Source of the DNA: Callorhinchus milii
Lineage: Eukaryota
Length of the DNA: 64,000 bases
NCBI RefSeq assembly: GCF_018977255.1
Contig: NW_024704742.1
Span: 25,174,001-25,238,000 of the forward strand
Reading direction: 5' to 3'
Under the pieces are notes generated by a model that was not told where the DNA came from, did no database searches, and saw only the letters and a program-made list of their open reading frames with translations. Of the stretch, positions 12,766-25,300 are shown in pieces. The position numbers and the translations under genes were made by a program. Position 1 is the stretch's first letter; the number at the start of each line of letters is the position of its first letter.

Positions 12766-14722
12766 GTGTGTGTGTGTGTGTGTGTGTGGTATACACTGTT
12801 GGTGTGTAGTGTGTCTGTATGTGTGTGTACTGTGTATCTGTATGTGTGTGTGTCTATACTGTGTGTGTGGTATACACTGTTGGTGTGTAGTATGTGTGTG
12901 TGTACTGTGTATCTGTATGTGTGTGTGGTATACACTGTTGGTGTGTAGTTTGTGTGTGTGTGTGTATGTGTGTGTGTACTGTGTATGTGTGTGTGTCTAT
13001 ACTGTGTGTGTGGTATACACTGTTGGTGTGTAGTGTGTGTGTGTGTCTGTATGTGTGTGTGTACTGTGTATCTCTATGTGTGTGTGTCTATACTGTGTGT
13101 GTGTGTGTGTGGTATATACTGTTGGTGTGTAGTGTGTGTGTGTCTGTATGTGTGTGTGTACTGTGTATCTGTATGTGTGTGTGTCTATACTGTGTGTGTG
13201 TGGTATATACTGTTGGTGTGTAGTGTGTGTGTGTGTCTGTATGTGTGTGTGTACTGTGTATCTGTATGTGTGTGTGTCTATACTGTGTGTGTGTGTGTGT
13301 GTGTGTGGTATACACTGTTGGTGTGTAGTGTGTGTGTGTGTGTCTGTATGTGTGTGTACTGTGTATCTGTATGTGTGTGTGTCTATACTGTGTGTGTGGT
13401 ATACACTGTTGGTGTGTAGTGTGTGTGTGTATGTGTCTGTATGTGTGTGTACTGTGTATCTGTATGTGTGTGTGTCTATACTGTGTGTGTGGTATACACT
13501 GTTGGTGTGTAGTATGTGTGTGTGTACTGTGTATCTGTATGTGTGTGTGGTATACACTGTTGGTGTGTAGTTTGTGTGTGTGTGTGTGTATGTGTGTGTA
13601 CTGTGTATGTGTGTGTGTCTATACTGTGTGTGTGGTATACACTGTTGGTGTGTAGTGTGTGTGTGTGTCTGTATGTGTGTGTGTACTGTGTATCTGTATG
13701 TGTGTGTGTCTATACTGTGTGTGTGTGTGTGTGGTATACACTGTTGGTGTGTAGTGTGTGTGTGTGTGTCTGTATGTGTGTGTACTGTGTATCTGTATGT
13801 GTGTGTGTCTATACTGTGTGTGTGTATGTGGTATATACTGTTGGTGTGTAGTGTGTGTGTGTCTGTATGTGTGTGTACTGTGTATCTGTATGTGTGTGTG
13901 TCTATACTGTGTGTGTGTGTGGTATATACTGTTGGTGTGTAGTGTGTGTGTGTGTGTCTGTATGTGTGTGTGTACTGTGTATCTATGTGTGTGTGTGTCT
14001 ATACTGTGTGTTTGTGTGGTATATACTGTTGGTGTGTAGTGTGTGTGTGTCTGTATGTGTGTGTGTACTGTGTATCTGTATGTGTGTGTGTCTATACTGT
14101 GTGTTTGTGTGGTATATATTGTTGGTGTGTAGTGTGTGTCTGTATGTGTGTGTACTGTGTATCTGTATGTGTGTGTCTATACTGTGTGTGTGTATGTACA
14201 GTGTCTGTATTGTGTGTCTATATTGTGCGTGCGTGAATGTACTGTGTGTTGTCTGTCTGTCTGTAGGTGTGTGTGTGTGCGTGCATGTACAGTGTCTGTA
14301 TTGCGTGTGCGTCTATACTGTGTGTGTCTGTATTGAGTGTGCGTCTGTATGTACTGTATGTGTGTACTGTGTGTGTGTATCTGTATTGTGTGTGTACTAT
14401 GTGTGTACGTCTATACTGTGTGTGCTATACAGTGTGTGTATATGTACTGTGTGTGTGTCTGTCTGTATATGTGTGTGTGTATGTACTGTGTCTGTATTGT
14501 GTATGGGTATGTACTGTGTGTGTGTCTGTATGTGAGTGTGTACGTACTGTGTCTGTATTGTGTGTGTGTCTATACTGTGTGTATGTACTGTGTGTGTCTA
14601 AACTGTGTGTGTATCTACTGCATTTGTGTCTGTAAGTAATGTGTCTGCATGTACTGTGTGTGTGTGTACACTTTGTGTATGTGCGTCTGTTATGTACTGT
14701 GTGACTATATATACTGTGTGTG
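12765..14722. repeat. TG-based higher-order minisatellite
   Basis: Recurrent ~50-95 bp unit ggtata(c/t)actgttggtgtgtag...tactgtgtatctgtat...ctatactg, degenerating after ~14180. Confidence 0.95.
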
Positions 14723-17205
14723 TCAGCTCAAGACGTGAAAAGCGCTAGACAAATGTAATTTTGTTTTGTTGTGTCTATGTAGATAGTCGATGAGGAAACT
14801 CTGAAGCTTGGTGTGGCAGCTGCTGGAAGGCTTTACCTGGAGTCCGAGTTCGGGAACAAAAGTTTGTACATCCAACGCCTGGGACCCATCTTGATTAGCC
14901 TCAGACAGGGAACCAGTTGCTGCTTGAACTCCGCACCTCCAAATGGTGGAACAGTCGCTCAATGGGAAGGGATGTGTTCCTGAGCTGTGGACAGGAAGTT
15001 GGTGCCAATGCTCCCACCCATTTCATGCTGAGCTGTGTTGCCCATAGGGAAGCTCGCAGGGAGTTCACGGTACCTGCCATTCACCGAGTGCGGGCTCAAA
15101 CCCACACTTGTCGGATGTCGAACAACCCACTAGTGACTATGACTCGGAAGGGCAGATCAGTCGTTGGGGGAGGTAAGCAGGGTCTCTTTGGAACTGAACT
15201 GGTTCCAAGGTGATATGCTTGGCACGGACTGTCGTAACTGAGCAAGAACAGAACAGCCAGCCTGGCTCATGGGCAGGACTTGGAAAGGCAGGCCAGTCAC
15301 TGAGGGCAGGGGGTCATCCCACTCAGCTCCTGTTAACCCTGCAAGCCAAAGTCCTAACGGGTAGGGTTGTCCGAGCTGGACAGTCAGAGGGATAGCTTGC
15401 CAAACCGTGCTGTCAATGGCAAGCTCCGAGGTTTTAACTGGTTAGACCCCAGCAGTACCTCAACGCAAACTCTGGGGTCCTCAAACCTTGACTCTGGCCA
15501 ACCTACGCCTACTACTCAGCGGAATTAAGTAAGCAGGATGTCTCCCTCCAGTGAGAGAATGCTCATTCCATTCCAACAATCTATCTCTGGGATTTCCATG
15601 TGTGGGTGAGTTGCGTGGAATTCTCAGCTTTGTTTGGATACTCTTAAGCACGGTGATGGGTTTCCACATGTGTCAGATACCCAGCTGACCAAAAATTAGA
15701 ATCTGTATGTACCGTGTGTGTTTGTGTGTTTAAAGCGCAAGGTTACAGCCAGAGGCTTGTGGTATTTGGCTCCCTCCTTTTTATAAACAGTGCTTTGCAA
15801 ATGCTGACAGGGAATAAAGGAGCGGGAACAGGGATTAAAGGAGCAGAGGACCAGGAGCATTGGGACCAGAACCAGCAGGACAACCAGGGCCAGTACACAG
15901 CAGCCAGGCCTGGGGGAACAGGATCAAGGACACAGGATTCAGGTCCAAAGAAATGAACATTTAATATTCATCACAATGAATGGGCAGATCCACCTGATTT
16001 CAAAGTGGTCTAGGATATCCTACTACCGTGAAGGACATTTGTATTATATTCTCAATGGAGACGTTTGAGCAGCTGTGTCCTCAGCAGTGGACATCTAGCT
16101 TGAACATTGAGGCCTCCCAATCAGCAGAAGACTGGCTATTTAGTAAACATGAAATTCAAAAAAAACTGTCGCCCCACTGAACATCAATCTGTGATCTGTC
16201 AACCAAGAGCCCAAGCTCACAGGCTCAGCTTCTCAGACATCGGCATTGAAAATAGCATGAGGTTGGGGATCTGCTATCAGCCATTCATGTGTTAAATATT
16301 GAATGAAATGCTAACTTCAGCTCATAATTTTGAAAGTGATTCTGAGAAAATACAAACTTGCTTTTTTATAGCGCCTAAAGCATTGAAATGTCTCAAAATT
16401 GTAGTTTCTCAGTGTCCTGGCCAATAATCCCCAAGATAAAATTGGTCACGGTTGTTTATAGGTCCTTGCTATTCACAAATTGACTGCTGTGTTTGATGAT
16501 AAATGTACAATTATTACACTTGACAGCAATTACCTGTGAAGTACTTTGAGATATTTGACAATTAAAGATACCATATCAAATGCAAGGATAATTAAATCAG
16601 TCTCTCTTATACTTGTCTGAGTTCTATAGATCCCTGGTCAGACCTCATGTGGGATATTGCAGCACTGAGACTGTCGGTGAGTCCACTGTTAACAGATCTT
16701 GGAGCTTCAATATACATTGTGAATATATCGGTCTTTTAAACATAAAACCGACTTTGAGATGCTTTGATGTGATAAGGTGTCTATCAAATGCAAATTAAAT
16801 TTCTACTGTATTTTAAGTGATTTTTCTTGAGATGGTGTAATTCATCTAACTAACCACCAGAGTACACTCTCTCCTTTTTAAAGCAGCTTGACACTGAGGA
16901 AGCAGATACCACAGTAATGTGTTTTATAATAATCCTTGCATTTGGTATAGCACCTTTCACATCAGGAGGACGTCTCAAAGTGCTTCACAGGAATATACTG
17001 TAAAGTGGACTGACTGTGTATTTGTAGACGAATGCCCCGGGAGCCCATCTGTGCACAAAACACAAACAGTCATGAAGTTTCGGGGATTGTTAGCCGGGAT
17101 ACCAGGAGAAACGTCCTCTTCAATACATTATACCGTGGGATCATTAATGTTCACTTGAATAGGCAGATGGGAACTTGGATTAATATTTTATCTGAATAAT
17201 ATTTT

Positions 17206-17615
17206 ATCGAATTCAAGATCCTCACCTTTAAGGCCATCCATGGCCTTGCCCCCTCCTACCTCTCTGACCTGCTGACTCCTGCCCGCTCCCTCCGTTCAAC
17301 GGGCTCCACGTTCTGCTCCACGTCTCCCGCCTGACCCGCCTTACCATCGGTGGCCGGGCTTTCAGCCTCTCTGCCCCCACACTCTGGAACTCCATCCCAC
17401 AGTCCCTTGGCCTTGCTGACTCCTTTGCCTCCTTCAAGGCCGGTCTCAAGACCCTTCTCTTCGATCGTGCCTTTCGTCGCCCTCCCACCTCTCTGCCTTC
17501 CCTCACCTGTACACCACCTCTCCCCCATGCTCGGGTCCCGACCCCTGGTTTTCAGCGCTTTGGGACGTCCTCTCGACGTGAAAGACTCTTTATAAATGTA
17601 ACTTTGTGGTTGTTG
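17206..17615 (+). mobile_element. 5'-truncated L2 inserted inside an older minus-strand SINE (16920-17755)
   Basis: Begins atcgaattcaagatcctc (IEFKIL) and ends in the L2 tail; SINE family B sequence resumes on both sides. Confidence 0.85.
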
Positions 17616-18540
17616 AAGGAAGGCATTTCCAATAATGAAGGATACTCCAGCACTGCATTGGAATGCCAGCTTAGACTACGTGAGTTCAAAGTCCTGAGTT
17701 CGGGCTTGAACCCACAACCTCCTGCCGCAGGACCAGAGTGGAACCAACTGAACTACAACCTTCTGACATCACGGTTTGCAGAGATGTGCAATTTTAGTAA
17801 AGAATGACAACGTCTCTAAACAGCAAAAGGAATGAAATGAAAATGTGTTTTTATTAATCAGTTCCACAGACTGTTTAATGTTATATATTCTACTAAGCGG
17901 AGTTTATGAGGATAAATCAAATAATTGTGGGAGCCAACGTACAGAGAATCATAGAAATTACAGCATAAGAGGAAACTATTTCACCCATTAAACCTATGCT
18001 GGTGCTATCTCCAGCATAGCACCATATCTCCAACATAGCACCAGTGAAGTTGACTACTCTAATCCTGATTCCTTCATACCTTGTTTTTATCTGAAGTACA
18101 GCACCTCCAACAAGCACCTCCACCTGCCAAGACATTGTAATGTCAGTCTAGACCAGGGGGTTTTAAACTGAGGGGGCATGAACAGGTCACTGGGTAGGAA
18201 TTTTTTTCTTGTCTTACTGATGTGATCATAAACAAGTTATTGTTTAAAATATTGTTTTAGTTAAGTTAGATATGCTTCTGGTTCTCGGCTAGTGACTGTA
18301 GAGTGGCAATTTTGATTATAAATTGGTTGTTTTGATCGAGTGAAGATTGCATATGCTTGATAGTCAGTATCAAAATGACTTGAAGAACTATAAGCCCAAT
18401 TAAATTGAGCTGAATTGTAGAATTTATATCTAAGTGTAACATAGTTATGGGTAGTTGATATAACTCTCGATAAAATATTATGGGGAAATGGCAATATGTT
18501 CTACCTTGAAGAGAAGAAAGATATGAACTTATTACATCTG

Positions 18541-18735
18541 CAACAAAAACAGAAGTCGCTGGGAACACTCAGCATCTATGGAGAAAGTGAGTCAATGTTT
18601 CAGGTCCACGACCATTTGTCAGAATGTTGACTCATTTTCCTTTCTTCATAGATGCTGCCTGACCTATTGAGTGTTCCCAGCGACTCCTGTTTTTGTTTCA
18701 GATTGCCGGCATCTTCAGTATTTTGGGTTTTGTTT
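18541..18735. mobile_element. Penelope-derived fold-back element
   Basis: Arms acaaaaacagaagtcgctgggaacactca / tgagtgttcccagcgactcctgtttttgt; degenerate hammerhead on the minus strand at 18589-18624. Confidence 0.7.
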
Positions 18736-18983
18736 ATTACCTCTACAGTTCTCTTGTTAATTGTTGATGTAATGGTCCTGAATTGTCTTAATCAGAGTTT
18801 GCCCATGGGTGCTCAAGGACAGTCCCAACCTGATTAAACAACTTTGAAGTGAGCAAGGGTACAAAATACAATACAAAATTATTTTTACGTCGGGAGTTCA
18901 TCCCAAAGACCTGGATTCATATAGATTCATATAGATCATCGTCATGTTTTTTTAAAAAAACAGAAACATAGAAACAGGAGTAG

Positions 18984-20194
18984 TGTTGAAATATATTGAC
19001 TATCACCTTGGGATATTTTGGTATATTTCAAACAGCAATCGAATGTTCCAGAAGGTTTTTGATGTTTAAATGGTTAAAAGTAGCTTTGCTGGACGGGTTG
19101 AGGTTAGCTTCTGATTATATTTCATACTTTCCTGGGAAGGTGTTCACTCCTCTGAGATAATGAGCAATCGGTCCCTTGAGTATAAGTTGTAAGAACAATG
19201 GACCACAGAAAGGAAAGGCTGCAGCCTCAGACACCCCCTATCTCAAGGCTGAGAAACAAGAGGCTGTGGAAGGCTGCCCAGAAGTTATCCATATCTCTCT
19301 CTCTACAAAGCAGTCTGTCAGGGGTGGGGGCTATCTCTGTGACAAGGGGAGGTGGAGTTAGCGACACATAAATGGAAGATGTAACTTTGAAATAGTTGGA
19401 GTTGTATAGAGGATCAGAGCACTTCCCATTAGAATCGATATTGATTCTATTGTACCCATGTGTATGTACAGGATTGAGGAAATTTACCTCCAGTAAGAAA
19501 GTGACCATTAAAAGTGAAAAAGGAGTAGTGGTCGGCAGCATGAGTGAGGTGCTGGGCTAAAAGCTGATTGTTTCTGTTGAATTCCAGGAGCCACTCTCTG
19601 TGATTCTGTGATAGTTCTGTGATCTCTTCAGTATACGTCAAAGTGTGATCCCAGGTTTACTATCTGGTCTGGAGTACAAACAGTACCTGGAAACATGTTG
19701 TTGTCCCTGTATCGTCAGTACTACTGTTGTTGTGTGTGACTCTCGTAATACCAACACTAAACAGGAACTGGTGTCCGAGGGTTTACCGGATGCCAGTCCC
19801 TGTTTAGTGTTGGTATTACGAAAGTCAGTTGCCTCTGAGGGGTAACTCCAGAGGCTGATCTCTCGGAGGTTCGTCAAAGTGTAGTCTCGGGTACGGTTTG
19901 TCTGAAGTACTAAGTGAGGCCCAGACACTGGGCAGCCTTAAGATTGCAAGAATCAGTTGTTCCAGAGGGATTTTCAGGGGCTGATCTCTGCTGTGTATTT
20001 TGAGGTGTGTTGTTGGTCTGGTTTACTGAGCAACCCCTGTGTGCATGCTGTGTGGTAAATGTTTAGCTCACATAGATGTGTTGTACTGTTATTGAGTTGT
20101 TATATGTAATATAATTTGATTACAGATTGTTGAATCTTATGTTTTATCTTATGCAATAAACTCTATACTCTTATTAACCGTCAAATTATTAACA
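18984..20194 (+). mobile_element. Probable solo LTR (~1.2 kb) inserted in a CR1 fragment
   Basis: Starts TGTT and ends AACA; AATAAA at 20155-20160; internal direct repeats; interrupts a minus-strand CR1 3' end (agaaacatagaaacaggagtag | gtatcttaactcc); flanks gtag/gtat. Confidence 0.6.
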
Positions 20195-21350
20195 GTATCT
20201 TAACTCCAATTACCTACCCTTGCCCTATAGCCCTTGATACCCTGACCTAACAAATATCTATCCACCTCAGTCTTGAAAATGTGAATCAATCAAACATCCA
20301 CAGCCATTTGGGGGAGAGAGCTCCAGATTTATAATAATAATCCTTGCATTTTATATAGTGCTTTTCACATCTTCTAGACGTCTCAAAGCGCTTCACAGAA
20401 TATACTGTAAAGTGATTGAGTGTATATTTGTGGGCGTAACAGGGCAGCCAATTGCATATAGCAGTGTCCCACAAACAGTCATGGATTGAAATAACCCAAT
20501 TTTATTATTGTTTTTTTTTCTTGAGGGTTTATTATCAGGCGTGTGGAGTAAGAAAACTTGCCCAAGGTTTCGCCCTGCCGGAAATCGAACCCAGTTCTCT
20601 CGCTTGCAAGGTGAGTGCTCTAACCAGTGAGCTACAGAACTCTTACAGATTTCCACTACCCTTGGGTGAAAAACTGTCTCCTAATTTCACTCCTAAATTG
20701 CCTTGCTCTAATTTTAAGATTATGCCCCTTTGTTCTGGATCCCCTCCCAACAGAGGAAATAGTTTCTCGGTATCTACCCTATCAAATCTCTTTATTATTG
20801 TAAAAAACCTCAATCGGATCACCCCTCAACCTTCTAAACTCAAGGGAATAATGACCAAGTTTATGCAACCTGTCCTTATAATTTAATCCTTTAAGCCCTG
20901 GTATCATTCTGGTGTGTCTGCGCTGTACCCCCTCCAGAGCCAATATATCCTTCCTGAGGTGCAGTGGCCAACGCTGAACACACTATTCCATATGGGGTCT
21001 GATCAAGGCTCCATACAGTTGAAGCATCATTTTCTCTCCTTTATACTCCAGCCCCTGAGATAAAGGCCAGCATCTCATTAGCTTTTTTTGATAATGTTTT
21101 GTACACGTGAGCTTGTTTTTAGTGATTTGTGTACATGGATACCCAAATCCGTTGCCCCTCCACAGTTCTCAGTTTCTCACCATTTAGAAAATATTCTGTT
21201 TTGTTATTTTTGGATCCATAGTGGATGACCTCACACTTCCCCACATTGAATTCCATCTGCTCCCATGTACGCAATTTACTGCGCCTCCTAACTTTGCGTC
21301 ATCTGCAAGTTTTGACATAAAACGCTCTATTCCTTTATCCAAGTCGTTCA
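20195..21350 (-). mobile_element. CR1-like LINE fragment (continues from 18962-18983)
   Basis: Typical CR1 antisense text (ccctcaaccttctaaactc, caatatatccttcctgaggtg, cccacattgaattccatctgc, tcatctgcaa = ADD region). Confidence 0.8.
20331..20645 (-). mobile_element. tRNA-headed Deu-type SINE (family A), full length, with 7-bp TSD
   Basis: tRNA-like head, Deu-like core, (TTA)n tail; cagattt at 20324-20330 and 20646-20652. Confidence 0.92.
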
Positions 21351-21942
21351 TACAGCTGATTATAGCTAAGGTACACTTTGGTCAGTCAAAATGTCAAATA
21401 TCAGGTGAAAAAATTGAAAAACGCTATGAGAGACAGGTCCTGATGTGCAGCTTAAACTTGCAATCTTCTGACTCAGAGGTGAAAGTGCTACCAACTGAAC
21501 CAAGCTGAGTGATGGAAGGACAGGCAGTGTGGTCTTCTAGAAGTATGAGATCAAATGGGCCAAAGGGCCTCTTCATTTGAATCTCTCTTGTGATCATTTA
21601 AAACACATTAGATAAAGCAATTACCTGTGAAGCACTTTGAGATTTTCCAGCATTATATCAAAGACAAGGATTATTGTCGATAATTATCTTGGATTTATCC
21701 TCAACTGGGACCATTTTCAATCTTTGAACAGCCTCTCTATGTTTATTCAATAGAACAGCTCAATGTGAAACAGCTGGTGAGGCAGTTTTCTGCCCTTGCA
21801 AATGACAGTGGAGACTGTCTTCACTGAAATCACTGGACAAGTTCTTATTTCAGGCTGATTCAAAATGGAGGCCAAATATTTGCTCACATGATAAGGGAAT
21901 AAAGGAATCAAAAGCTGAATTACTCTGTGCTGCTCTCATGTA

Positions 21943-22330
21943 CAGAGTGTCCATAAAGTTTCGTTACCCTCATGTCTTTTTTCTACAGTGCATTGACCAA
22001 CAACTGAAACATGATGCTGATTGTATTTAGAAGTACTTAATTATATTCAATAAAAGTGTTTAACTGTATTTAGACATCCAGAGGATGGGTGTGAGCGGCA
22101 TCATTTTCATGACAAATAATGATCCGTCACCATGTTCGGTGCAACATTTTCCACAGCTGTTTGGGAGAAGTCCTTTCATCATTGTCTTGGTGAAGGAATG
22201 GTATGTGATTAGAGGGGGGATGTCACCCAAATGTTGTCTAAGCATCTATTAAGGTATCTAATTTGTTCAGAAGATAAAGCTGCGCCTAGATTGTCACCCT
22301 TGTCTCCCATCCACAATCCTAGGCCATATC
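21943..22330 (-). mobile_element. Tc1/mariner-type DNA transposon remnant (one TIR plus transposase C-terminus)
   Basis: TA|CAGAGTGTCCATAAAGTTTC terminus; the minus strand reads RIIICHENDAAHTHPLDV*, resembling Tc/mariner C-termini. Confidence 0.5.
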
Positions 22331-25300
22331 TTTTTTCGTGGACTTGAATCTGAAATGCTAAACATAACTAAACACAAGTAAATAACATAAAGTGTCAACA
22401 GTGCTCAGTGTGTCATATTATTGGAAAACATCATGATATCCTGCTGGTGCCTCGTTCCACCCTCCCCTTCAACCCCGCCTCTCCCCCCGGGAAGTAACTC
22501 AATAATAAGGAAGTGCAGGCAAAGGGAAATGCTGAATTAATCTAACAAAGATGATGCTTAATCTGAAATCTCCTTAGATAGACTGCGCCCCGTGACTGGA
22601 ATTTTGATTAACGAATTCTGATTCTGTGAGACTGCCATGTGACCTTTTTTAAACTTGATTACATTTTTAATGTGATCTATAAAGCGGAAAGTATAGTTGA
22701 CGCTCGAGATACGCTGTAGAATCAGTCATTGAATCTGCACTCGAGCACTACATTTGTAAGTATCTTTTCTCATTCAGTCACTAACGATACAACATTTTAT
22801 TTTCTGGATGAGAGGGGTAAGTTAGTTCTAATCACGATAATTCTTTTACTTCTTCTGAGCCTTCAGTCACTACTCCTCTAACCTCTGGAACTTCCCCTAC
22901 CTCTATCCTTCCATCTTGCACTCTCTCCGGTTGTCTTTAAATCCTGCCTTATGACCTACCCCTTCTCTTTTGCTTGGCGTCTGACCCTGTTACTGTGAAG
23001 TGCTCTGAGACATTATCCTCTGTGAAGGGCCTATTTAAATTTAGGGTTTTGTTGTACTTCTTTTAATCCAGCGAAGTTTACTGCCTCTGAACGATTTTTG
23101 TAACGCTTTAATAGTGTCACAATAAATAGTGAGAGGTTATTCCTGATGGTTGGGGAATTGGGAACAGGGGCATAAACCCGAGATTTCACCGGAAATGTTA
23201 ATATTAATACTCACATTTGATCATGTGCCTTTCATATTGGGAGGTTTGAATTTTAAAACCCTTCACATACTGTTAAGTTTACTGACTGTAGTTTGTAGGT
23301 GCCCATGGCAGCCAGTTTACTCACACCAATATCCCACAAACAGTCACAAAGTCAATGACCCATTTTATTTGGAGGATTGTTGGCCGGGGCATCGGGAGAA
23401 ACACCCTTCTCTTTTCGAATAGTGCCATGGGATTTTTAAAAGCCACCTGCCCAGGCAGATGGGAGCTTGGTTTAGTGTCTCATCGAAAGTTGGTACCTCT
23501 AACAATTGTCACGGTTACCCTGTTTTTGTACCCCACAGTAATATGAAAATAATGTGTATATATATCTATATATTATTTAAGCCTGTCCTTTTCATTAGAT
23601 TTTGGTTAAGAAAAAGCTTGCAAATGATGTAGTTGCAAAAGCTGTTAGGAAAAGAGCATGAGATGCCCCAGCTGCAACATTATCGGGGCTCCGTGTTGTT
23701 TGATCGACAGGCAATTAGCAAACAGCCTGGAAAATCATGTGAACGCTCGCACGGGAAAAGCGCTCTGAGACTCCGTCCGGCGTGGAGGGCGCTATATAAA
23801 TTGCTGTTGTTGTTGTTGAAAAAGTCAATGGCCTCGCCTTCATGTCATATGGTGGGTGGAGCCAGGGCAATGCTCAGTGTGTCTCGTCACAGTCTAATGG
23901 TTGTTATTTGGTACATCCTGATGTGTACAGGATTACTGTGCAAATCAGGTTGGTTTCAATTACTTTATACTAATGTAGTATTGTGGTTTTAGTTATAGTT
24001 AGCTCCATTAGTTAAATTTGATCCCATTATTGTATATCTTAAATTGCTGCATTTCTTATAAGCAAGGTAGCCTAGAGTTACTAGGACTTAATAAAGAGCT
24101 GTTCTGTTTACCGATTGTATCCTCAAGTCTCTGTAAATTTCTAAGACGAGAAAAGGAGTAAATCATTTAAAGAGGCTGTCGACATCGGAGTTCTAGCAGT
24201 GTGGACAGATTCCGATTCAACATCTCAGTTACCAGGCATTGGAGTTTTCTGGGAATACCTGTGAGTGACTGGTTCTGGCTCAGTTGGGACACCTTTGAGC
24301 AGGGACTCACACTGACAGGGTTAGAAAAGAGCAGAAGCCACTTAGTACGTAAGTGTTACTAAAATTCAAGGAGCGAGAACCGTCACACAATGCAGCGTCC
24401 TCCCAACCCTATATTGGAGTATCGGCATAGGCTGTCAGTTCAAAATCCCGATGTGCGGCTTAAATTCACAACCTTCTAACTCAGAGACGAGAATGTTACT
24501 AACTGAACCAGGCTGACACAAGAGGAAGGTCAGAACTATTTGTTTCAGAAAGATTACTAGAACATAGAATGCTTTGTGACAAGTAGCTATTTAAACTAAG
24601 AGCATAACAAGATTTAAAAGGAAATTGAATAAGTGGGACACAACGTAAGAGAGTATGGCAAATAAATTAATTGGGATTAGAGTATGCAAATTGGGGAGGA
24701 GTTAGGACCAGTATACAACAACAATAACAACTTGGATTTATATCGCCCTCCACCCCAGACGGCATCTCAGAGCGCTTCACAGTAACGGATCCCAGGGCCG
24801 AGCCAGGGGGAGGGGGAGGAAGGTTGCCCAAAGGCGCGGTCGAAAAGAAAGGTCTTCAGAAGGAACCTGAAAGTAGGAAGAGAGTGGGCGAGGTGAAGGG
24901 AGTGAGGAAGAGAATTCCAGAGCCTCGGGGCATAGTGGCTGAAGGCACGGCCGCTGAGAGTGGAGCGGGGGACGAGGAGGAGGCCAGACCCAGAGGATCG
25001 AAGGCAACGGGTACTGTTTTGGGAAGAGAGGAGGTCAGAGAGGTAGGGGGTGCAGAGGAGTGGAGGGATTTGAAAACAAGGGTGAGGATCTTGAAATCGA
25101 TCCTCTCTGAGATAGGCAGCCAGTGCAGTCTGGCAAGGACTGGGGTGATCGGGGAACATAGTTTGGTACGGGTGAGAATGCGGGTGGCAGAGTTTTGGAT
25201 GACTTGGATTTTATGGATGGTAGTGGATGGGAGACCGGCGAGGAGGGCATTAGAGTAGTCCAGCCAAGAGCTGACAAAGGCATGGACCAGGGTTTCAGCG

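Noticed and set aside
12790..14140. CRISPR-like regularly spaced repeat ggtatacactgttggtgtgtag
   Set aside because: The spacers are themselves near-identical TG repeats; vertebrate context; no cas genes
11376..14639. Many Cys/Val/His/Thr-rich ORFs
   Set aside because: Translations of CA/TG repeats, not genes
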